Positions 8,575 through 15,149 of a stretch of 21,538 nucleotides of DNA are shown here, in pieces. Positions within the stretch are counted from its first letter, which is position 1, and every line of letters starts with the position of its first letter. Origin of the DNA: Thermoanaerobaculia bacterium (GTDB taxonomy: Bacteria; Acidobacteriota; Thermoanaerobaculia; Multivoradales; UBA5704); NCBI GenBank assembly GCA_044226625.1, contig JBGAGQ010000084.1, positions 1-21,538 of the forward strand, in the 5' to 3' direction. The notes beneath the pieces were generated by a model. The model saw nothing but the letters and a program-made list of their open reading frames with translations. It did not search any database and was not told where the DNA came from. Both the position numbers and the translations under genes were made by a program.

Positions 8575-8853
8575 GTGACGGTCGAACAGGCACAAACGGC
8601 GCTCGCCGCCGTGGCGGATGCTTTGGGAGAAACCGAGCGGGCGCTGGAAACGATCTTGGCGGAGTTGCCGCCGTCAGAGCAGGAAGATGCAATCCTTGAG
8701 CACCAAGGGCCATTCGACCGCGCGACAGAGATCCGCTCGGTGATCGAGTGCGCGTTGGCCGACAACATCCGGCCCGCGTTCGCAGAGCTTTGGGCGGCCG
8801 CTCTGGCGACGGATGATCAGTTGCTCGCCCGCTGGCGCGAGAGGCGCGCCTAG
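8575..8853 (+). CDS. Small helical hypothetical protein (92 aa), IS passenger
   Basis: GGAGGA SD at 8565-8570, GTG 8575, MTVEQAQTALAAVADAL...ATEIRSVIECALADNIRPA. Confidence 0.65.
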   Translation: MTVEQAQTALAAVADALGETERALETILAELPPSEQEDAILEHQGPFDRATEIRSVIECALADNIRPAFAELWAAALATDDQLLARWRERRA

Positions 8854-9008
8854 GCGGGTTTCGGGGCGTTCCTGCGGTCTTTGTAGGCGCGCTCGCGCTC
8901 CTCGATCTCCGACTTGGGAACGGAGAGAACGCGGCGCGTCAGGTCCGAGAACTTCTCAAACGGCGTACGTTCGGGCGGGATCTTCCCGCCCGGCTCGTCG
9001 TCTTTCAT
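8850..9008 (-). CDS. Small 52-aa ORF downstream of the transposase (absent from the ORF track)
   Basis: AAAGGGGG SD, ATG 9008, MKDDEPGGKIPPERTPFEKFSDLTRRVLSVPKSEIEERERAYKDRRNAPKPA*. Its stop overlaps the convergent gene's stop in CTAG (8850-8853). Confidence 0.6.
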   Translation of the reverse strand: MKDDEPGGKIPPERTPFEKFSDLTRRVLSVPKSEIEERERAYKDRRNAPKPA

Positions 9009-9044
9009 TTTTCCCCCTTTGGTTTCTTCCCCCGTCCTTGGCCC

Positions 9045-9998
9045 TTAGGCCGTGGTCGTTTGTCCGATCAACTCTTTGTACTGGACGCGCCGACCGATCA
9101 ACCCGGCGGCGGCGCGGACGAACCGGAGAGCATCGGTCCCCTTGCGGAGGTTGAACCGGAAAGTCTGTTCGTCCAGGTACCGGAACAAGTGGAACGGCTC
9201 GACGTTGACGTAGGTTCCCTTAATCGCCCGCTTCAAGAGGCTCCAGAAGTTTTCGAGCCCGTTGGTGTGAATCCGGCCCTTGGCGTAGCTCTCGGCGTGG
9301 TCGATAACCTGGTGCTCGTAGTCGCTCCCGAGATCGGCGTAAGACTTGAGAGCATCGGTGAAGACCGCGGAACCCTGCTCGACGTTCGACCGCACTTCCG
9401 GGCTCAGGGTCTTTCGCTTGACGTTGGCGACCACCTTGGCCTTGACGCGACTGTGGCCGTCCTTGCCGTGGCGCTCCAAAAGCCCCATGACCGCCGCCTT
9501 ACCCGCTCCGCCGGTGCCGGTGATTTTCGCGGCTCGCTTGTCGGCATGCATGAAGCGAGCGCGACCGCCGATAAAGGTTTCGTCCACTTCGACCTCTCCT
9601 GACATCATTTCGACGGTGCCATCCTGCAAGGCGAGCCGAATCCGGTGCGACATGAACCAAGCGGTTTTCTGAGTCACGCCGAGCGCCCGGGCGATTTCGT
9701 AAGACGAAACGCCGTTCTTGCAGTTGGCAACGAGCCAGAACGCCGGGAGCCACTTTTCCAGGCCGATCGGGGAATCCTCGAAAATCGTTCCGACCTTGAC
9801 CGAGAATTGCTTTTTGCAGGCGCGGCACTTCCAGATTCGGCGCGTCGCGAGAAACATCGGGTTCTCGGCTTCGCAACGGGGGCAAGTCACGCCGTTGGGC
9901 CAACGGAGATTCACGACGAAATCAAGCGCAACGTCGGGATGCGAGAAGTAAACGACGGCTTCGAGCAGAGTCTCGGGAAAGTGCTTGGTGGCGTCCAT
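9045..9998 (-). CDS. IS1595-family DDE transposase
   Basis: Zinc finger CPRC...CRAC, FSVKVGTIFEDS, HTH SSYEIARALGVTQKTAW, catalytic VEVDETFIGG / VFTDALKSY / HTNGLENFWSLLKR / YLDEQTFRFN; intact frame. Confidence 0.96.
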   Translation of the reverse strand: MDATKHFPETLLEAVVYFSHPDVALDFVVNLRWPNGVTCPRCEAENPMFLATRRIWKCRACKKQFSVKVGTIFEDSPIGLEKWLPAFWLVANCKNGVSSYEIARALGVTQKTAWFMSHRIRLALQDGTVEMMSGEVEVDETFIGGRARFMHADKRAAKITGTGGAGKAAVMGLLERHGKDGHSRVKAKVVANVKRKTLSPEVRSNVEQGSAVFTDALKSYADLGSDYEHQVIDHAESYAKGRIHTNGLENFWSLLKRAIKGTYVNVEPFHLFRYLDEQTFRFNLRKGTDALRFVRAAAGLIGRRVQYKELIGQTTTA

Positions 9999-10004
9999 GC
10001 AGAG

Positions 10005-10033
10005 ACTCTACCCGAGAAACGCGGGTGAGTCAA
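10005..10033 (-). promoter_or_regulatory. Putative sigma70 promoter for the transposase; -35 inside the IR
   Basis: TTGACT (10033-10028), 17 bp, TAGAGT (10010-10005), 6 nt, ATG 9998. Confidence 0.6.
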
Positions 10034-10047
10034 GTATATTGTTGCCC
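10024..10047 (-). repeat. Terminal inverted repeat (transposase end)
   Basis: Minus strand GGGCAACAATATACTTGACTCACC. Confidence 0.93.
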
Positions 10048-10176
10048 TTCTTCCCCGTAAGGGGCTGCGATCGCCGCGACGGCATCGAGGTGATAGGCGT
10101 AGGGATGATCGCCGTACTTCTGTTCGCCATGCGCCTCGAGGGCGAAGGCACGGGCTCGGGCGATTGTGGGCGACAT
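10048..10176 (-). pseudogene. N-terminal fragment of the disrupted small alarmone hydrolase
   Basis: Hand translation from ATG 10176: MSPTIARARAFALEAHGEQKYGDHPYAYHLDAVAAIAAPYGEE (RSH hydrolase AH.GQ...PY..H motifs). It runs into the IR as GQQYT*. Confidence 0.88.
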
Positions 10177-10306
10177 CTTGGGATCCAAGGATACTCGAGA
10201 GCACCCTGAAGCGCCCGCCTTCAGCCAATGGGTACTTGGGGCGGTGATGGCGCTCTAGCTCCCCATCGTGGAGGTCCCGTCGCGCTGGATGCCGTAGCGA
10301 GCCTCC

Positions 10307-11413
10307 TCAGCCGATCTTCTTCAGCTTGGCGAGCTCGGGCTCGCCGAGCCACGCTTTGAGCTCGGCGACTTTCGCCGCGTTGGCTGCCCGCCAATCCGCG
10401 GAGCCCTTCGGGTCGAGCGATTGGAGCGCCAGGTAGGTGAACGGCTGGACGAGCGATTTCTCCTTCAAGGCATCGAAGAATCCGCCATATTGCCCGCAAG
10501 GGAAACACTTTCCGCCCTGTCCTGGCTTCAATTCCGACATCGAACCGAGCAGCGAGTCCAAGACCCCGGCCAGCCACTGCAGATCGCCTTGGTCCTTGAA
10601 TTCGGGCAGATAGCGGCCCGCCGCGACGATCGACAGCATCAGATCCGACGATCCGAAAGGCCCCTTGCCGGCCGTTTCCGACAAGTTGATCGTCACGTTG
10701 CCCCCCGAGCCCTCCGGCGTGACGCCCTTTAACACGAGGTCCTTGACCGAGCGAGCGACTTGGCCCGCGCGTTCGGACTCCGAATCCAGGCTCAGATACC
10801 GGAGGTTCGCGAGAAGGGCGGGAATCCGCCGGCCGGTTCGAGCGTAGAGAACTCCGAGCGCGTAATTGCCCGACAGATGTTCCGGCTGCACCTTCACCGC
10901 CCGCTCCAGCGCCGACTCCACTTCGGAGATATCGCCGAGTCGGTCGTAGACGACCGCGAGGTTGAACCAGAGCCCGGCGTCTCCAGAATCCTCCCGCAGA
11001 CCACGCTTGATCACGGCGATCGCCTTCTTGGGCTCTCCCCCGGCGTCGTAGCAGCTTCCGGCGAGAGCAAAGATCTGAGACCGAATCGAAGATTCGAGCC
11101 GTAGGGCTTTCTTGGCGGTCTCGTAACAGGCCTGCCATTGTTTCTGGAAGGCATAGGTGAAGCTGGATTCGTAGAGGGCGGTCACGTTCTTCGGGTTGGC
11201 GGCCAACACCTCGCGATATTTCGCGAGCGCCCCTTCGAAATCCCCCTTTTCGTGGAGCCGAACCCCGGCTTCGATTTCAGCCTGTTGTTCCTCCAAGGTC
11301 ATCTGCTCGGCGGAGGCACGAACCGCCCCAAGGGCGGCCGCCAACGAGAACAGCAGAACAGGGCCCCATGCCCCGCGGTTACGGCGGCGACGACCGTACT
11401 GATCTGGAATCAT
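10307..11413 (-). CDS. Exported TPR-repeat protein
   Basis: Signal-peptide-like N-terminus (RRRRNRG...VLLFSLAAALGAVRASA) followed by about five TPRs (e.g. AGLWFNLAVVYDRLGD). Confidence 0.85.
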   Translation of the reverse strand: MIPDQYGRRRRNRGAWGPVLLFSLAAALGAVRASAEQMTLEEQQAEIEAGVRLHEKGDFEGALAKYREVLAANPKNVTALYESSFTYAFQKQWQACYETAKKALRLESSIRSQIFALAGSCYDAGGEPKKAIAVIKRGLREDSGDAGLWFNLAVVYDRLGDISEVESALERAVKVQPEHLSGNYALGVLYARTGRRIPALLANLRYLSLDSESERAGQVARSVKDLVLKGVTPEGSGGNVTINLSETAGKGPFGSSDLMLSIVAAGRYLPEFKDQGDLQWLAGVLDSLLGSMSELKPGQGGKCFPCGQYGGFFDALKEKSLVQPFTYLALQSLDPKGSADWRAANAAKVAELKAWLGEPELAKLKKIG

Positions 11414-11634
11414 GGCAACGCCTTCCCGGGAGAAATGTACGAATCGTTAGACACCCAAAGGGCGATGGACGTTCCTTGACCGCCCATAAGCCTCGTAGCG
11501 GCGTGAGCACCGCGAAGATTATTCAAACAAGACGTAACACAACAGATTCTAATTCGCCAACCTCTGACAGACGCGCCTTGCGTCCGCCCTGCCCGGAGCG
11601 GTCCGGGCTCGCGCCTCTCCAGAGGAGGTCCGTC

Positions 11635-11982
11635 ATGGCCGAGTCGAAATTCAACACTCCGAACGACACCCCGCACGCCAAAGCCGCCGCTACCGCCGAG
11701 GCGGTCGCCACCGCCTCTCCCCTGGTGGGCACGTGGCAAGCCTGCAACAAGGCGACGCGCGGCATCGTCCGCGTCGAGATCTCCGAGGTGGCCGGCGTGC
11801 TTCACGTTCACGTCTTCGGCGCCTGCTCGCCGACCCCCTGCGACTGGGGCGACGTCAAGGGTCTGGCCTACGCCACCGGCCTGCTCGACGCCGGCTCGCT
11901 TCTGGTGGAGAACTACAACACGTTCAAGGACGGCAGCGGCCGAGCGAACTACTACGACCGCGGCTACTTCTGTAAGCGGTAG
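11635..11982 (+). CDS. Hypothetical beta-rich protein (115 aa)
   Basis: AGAGGAGG SD, ATG 11635; LVGTW...TRGIVRVEI...VHVFGACSPTPCDWG...DGSGRANY. Confidence 0.75.
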   Translation: MAESKFNTPNDTPHAKAAATAEAVATASPLVGTWQACNKATRGIVRVEISEVAGVLHVHVFGACSPTPCDWGDVKGLAYATGLLDAGSLLVENYNTFKDGSGRANYYDRGYFCKR

Positions 11983-12205
11983 TCGCGACCCTCCCGGCGG
12001 CCGGCGCTGCCGAAGGGAAGTCGTCGCGTCAGGGGACGTGCGTCGTGATCTCAGCCGCCGCGCCTTCGGGCGTGGCGGCGTTGCGAAAAGCGCAGCACGG
12101 CGCCGAGCTGCTCGACGATCCAGTGGAGGTTCGCCCCCTGGCGAGGTTCGGCATTCCCAGGGCGGCGGATCAACGGAATGCGCCGAAGGTCGGCGGTCCC
12201 GCGGT

Positions 12206-12520
12206 AAGGACCAGAGCTCCCGCGCCAGGGATCAGCGATCCGTCTCGAAGGACCAACGATCCCGCGTCAAGGACCAGCGATCCTTCGCGAAGGACCAGCG
12301 CTCCCGCGCCAAGGACCAACGTTCCTTCGCGAAGGACCAGCGCTCCCGCGCCAAGGACCAGAGATCCTTCGCGAAGGATCAGTGATCCCGCGCCCAGGAC
12401 CAACGATCCTTCGCGAGGGATCAGTGATCCCGCGCCCAGGACCAACGTTCCTTCGCGAAGGACCAGCGATCCCGCGCCCAGGACCAACGATCCTTCGCGA
12501 GGGATCAGTGATCCCGCGCG
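12206..12520. repeat. Tandem array of 15 x 21-bp units, alternating A/B (42-bp superperiod)
   Basis: Consensus AAGGACCARCGATCC followed alternately by CGCGCC or TTCGCG; exact 21-bp register throughout. Confidence 0.93.
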
Positions 12521-12605
12521 AGGGAACGGCAAGTATTGCCGAGGAGCGCTGATCCCGCCTGCGGGATCGGCTTTTACCGGGCCGGGCTGGTTTCTGACGT
12601 AACGG

Positions 12606-13058
12606 TCAGGTCTCCAAGCCGTCCCACGACCATCGCGGGATTCGTAGGTCGCCCGGGACCTGTTCGGGGCTATCCGGGTACGCCGCCATCGTGGTGGTCG
12701 TCGTCCACGCAAAATAGTCGTGGAGCGCGCGTCGGAGCCGCGGGTCCGTGAGCCCGACTCGATCCATGGCTTGATCGAAGCATTCGATCGCGCGGCGATC
12801 CATCTCCTCATGAACGCCGTTGCCGCTGTGGAGACGAACGACGGACGACTCACTGCCCAACGATTCGCTGTACGTCGGCGGGCCGCCCCACGCCTCGCCC
12901 CAGTAGGCCGCCAGGCGCTCCGTATGCTGAGGATGGAAGCCGTGGCTAAAAGCGTGGGCGACGATCTCGTCTGCCAGAACGCACTCATGCCAGGCGTGCG
13001 CTAGGTCTCGTACGCCGTCGGCTCCTCCGAGCGATTCGAACAAGGTAGAAGATTGCAT
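12606..13058 (-). CDS. Group II truncated hemoglobin
   Basis: LFESLGGADGVRDLA, HTERLAAYWGEAWGGPPTYS, VVRLH, CFDQAMD; GGAGGAG SD. Confidence 0.88.
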   Translation of the reverse strand: MQSSTLFESLGGADGVRDLAHAWHECVLADEIVAHAFSHGFHPQHTERLAAYWGEAWGGPPTYSESLGSESSVVRLHSGNGVHEEMDRRAIECFDQAMDRVGLTDPRLRRALHDYFAWTTTTTMAAYPDSPEQVPGDLRIPRWSWDGLET

Positions 13059-13140
13059 ATCGTCGCTCCTCCCGCGGCGCGAGTGTACCGCGCGGAGTGA
13101 ACGGATCTTGCGGTGCCCATCTGGCGCTTTCCGAGCCAGA

Positions 13141-13270
13141 AAGTGACTTCAAGGTCCAGCAAGTGACTTGAAGGTCTGGGAAGTGACTTCCTGGAGTGTA
13201 GAGCGGCTGGTTCGACCGTAAAGCCGCTTCCTCGACCGTAGAACTACTTCCTCGATCGTAAAGCCGCTTC
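13141..13270. repeat. Degenerate 20-bp-period repeat array
   Basis: AAGTGACTT at 13141, 13161, 13181; TCGAYCGTA ending at 13220, 13240, 13260; AAGCCGCTTC at 13221 and 13261. Confidence 0.8.
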
Positions 13271-13300
13271 CGGAGATTCGGAGGGCGGTGCGCTCTTCGA

Positions 13301-14584
13301 TCAGGTGGGGAGCCGCCCGGCCCGGCGCAGCAGGTACTCCCGCTCGGGAACGCTCGTCGTCTTCTCGGCCGCAGCGCAGTAGAGCGCTCCAGCCTCTTCC
13401 GTCCTTCCGGCGCGCTCGAGCAGATGGGCGCGGACGGCGTCGAGGCGATGCCCTCCGGCGAGGCGCTCGTCGGTTTCGAGGGGCCGGAGGCGTTCCAGCC
13501 CCGCTTCCGCGCCGTGGACCATCGCGAATGCGACCGCCTGGTTCAAGGCGACGATCGGGTTGTCCTCCAGGCGCAGGAGCACCGTGTAGAGCGCGAGGAT
13601 CTGCGGCCAGTCGGTCGCGTCGGCGCTCGGTGCCTCGTCGTGGACGGCGGCGACCGCGGCCTGGAGCTGGTACGGGCCGACCGCGCCGCGGCGGAGGGCG
13701 GCGGAGACGAGGGCCACTCCCTCTTCGATGCGCGCGGCGTCCCAGAGCGAACGGTCCTGCTCGTCGAGCGGAATCAGCTCGCCTGCCGGCCCGGTCCGCG
13801 CGGCGCGGCGGGCGTCGGTGAGGAGCATCAGGGCGAGGAGGCCGGCGGCTTCGGCGTCGTCCGGCAGCATGCGGTGGACGATGCGGGCGAGCCGGATCGC
13901 CTCGTTCGAGAGATCCGTGCGCGCGAGCTCCGGGCCGGAGGTCGCGGCATATCCCTCGTTGAAGATCAGGTACAGCACGTGAAGGACCGAGGCCAGCCGT
14001 TCCGCTCGCTCCGCGGCGTCGGGGAGGCGGAACGGCACGCCCGATTTCTTGATCGCCTGCTTTGCCCGGTGGATGCGCTGCCCCATCGTCGCCTCGGGCA
14101 GAAGGAACGCCCGCGCGATCTCCCCGGTGGTGAGGCCCCCGACCGCGCGCAGCGTCAGGGCGACCGCCGCCGAGGACGGAAGCGCGGGATGGCAGCAGAG
14201 GAAGAGGAGGACGAGCGTGCCGTCCGCCTCCGATTCGAAATCCGCGCCGAGATCGGCGGCGGAAGAAAGGTGCCGCTCCGTCTCACCGTACGCCGCGGGC
14301 ACGACCACGAACGCCGTCTCCTCGGCGAGAGCGGCCTCCCGCGCCCGCCGCGAGGCGTCGCTGCGCAGGAGGTCGATCAGGCGGCGAGCCGCCACCTGGA
14401 TCAGCCAGCCGCGCGGGTTTGCGGGGAGTCCCCCACGCGGCCATTGGTTCGCGGCGGCGAGGAGCGCCTCCTGCACCGCGTCCTCCGAGGCGTCGAAGTC
14501 CCGGAACCGCCGCACGACCGCGCCGAGCACCTGCGGCGCGAGCTCGCGCAACAGGGGCTCGAATTCGAAGTCCTGCGACGGCAC
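13301..14584 (-). CDS. ECF RNA polymerase sigma factor with C-terminal TPR-like extension (ECF42-type)
   Basis: sigma2 SEDAVQEALL...PRGWL; LFLCCHPAL; sigma4 GGLTTGEIARAFL; YLIFNEGY, GPYQLQAA, TDWPQI; directly follows a YCII gene. Confidence 0.92.
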   Translation of the reverse strand: MPSQDFEFEPLLRELAPQVLGAVVRRFRDFDASEDAVQEALLAAANQWPRGGLPANPRGWLIQVAARRLIDLLRSDASRRAREAALAEETAFVVVPAAYGETERHLSSAADLGADFESEADGTLVLLFLCCHPALPSSAAVALTLRAVGGLTTGEIARAFLLPEATMGQRIHRAKQAIKKSGVPFRLPDAAERAERLASVLHVLYLIFNEGYAATSGPELARTDLSNEAIRLARIVHRMLPDDAEAAGLLALMLLTDARRAARTGPAGELIPLDEQDRSLWDAARIEEGVALVSAALRRGAVGPYQLQAAVAAVHDEAPSADATDWPQILALYTVLLRLEDNPIVALNQAVAFAMVHGAEAGLERLRPLETDERLAGGHRLDAVRAHLLERAGRTEEAGALYCAAAEKTTSVPEREYLLRRAGRLPT

Positions 14585-14614
14585 GGGCTGGAGTCGCTCG
14601 CTCGACCGCCGGTC

Positions 14615-15025
14615 CTACTTCAAGTCCCGGCGCGAGCCCATGATCTCGCGCACCTCGACCCAGAGGTGATGGATCGTCTCCCCCTCCGGCGTGGTCACCG
14701 TGCCGCCCGGCGCGGTCGAGAGCTCGGCGGCGATCTCCTCGGCGCGCTCGGGGCTCTCGACGTCGATCACCCAGTATCCGGCGAGGAACTCCTTCGATTC
14801 GGGAAACACGCCGTCGGTGATCGGCCGGCCGTCCTCGCCCCGCCGCACCCGCTTGGCCTGGAGCGGCGAAGCGAGCCCCTCCGTGCGCAACAGCTCGCCG
14901 GTCTCGGTGTACTTCTGGGAGAACGCCCCCATGAACGCAAAGTTCGCCTCCAGGATCTCCTTCGGCCACTTCATGAACTGGGTGTAGCCGTCGCGGGGGG
15001 AGCTCATCAGCAGCATGTATTTCAT
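14615..15025 (-). CDS. YCII-related (DGPF) protein
   Basis: MKYMLL...ITDGVFPESKEFLAGYWVIDV...VEVREI; AAGGAG SD. Confidence 0.92.
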   Translation of the reverse strand: MKYMLLMSSPRDGYTQFMKWPKEILEANFAFMGAFSQKYTETGELLRTEGLASPLQAKRVRRGEDGRPITDGVFPESKEFLAGYWVIDVESPERAEEIAAELSTAPGGTVTTPEGETIHHLWVEVREIMGSRRDLK

Positions 15026-15149
15026 CGCGGGACTCCTTCGGGGTCGCGTCCGCTCCGGCGCGAAGCGACGTTTCCCTCAGAGGTCGGAGCGGACCCGGGG
15101 ATTTCGACATCTCCCCGAAATTTTGTACTCAAGGGGGCTCCCGAGGAGA

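Larger units (their letters stand above)
7042..10047 (-). mobile_element. IS1595-family transposon with passenger genes (~3.0 kb)
   Basis: Terminal IRs GGGCAACAAYATACTTGACTCACC at both ends, IS1595 transposase inside, and halves of one host gene on either side. The ends could be 7043/10046. Confidence 0.92.

Noticed and set aside
3330-11630. Integron cassette array
   Set aside because: No convincing attC (RYYYAAC...GTTRRRY) pairs between genes and no integrase seen.
12206-12520. CRISPR array
   Set aside because: Units are contiguous with no unique spacers, and there are no cas genes.
12038-12988. ORFs spanning the 21-bp array as real genes
   Set aside because: No SD or recognisable domain; openness is explained by the 21-bp period and one frame has internal stops. 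The minus-strand ORF overlaps the globin out of frame.
14615-15025. DGVF instead of DGPF in the YCII protein as a novelty
   Set aside because: Single substitution in an otherwise canonical ECF42-YCII pair.
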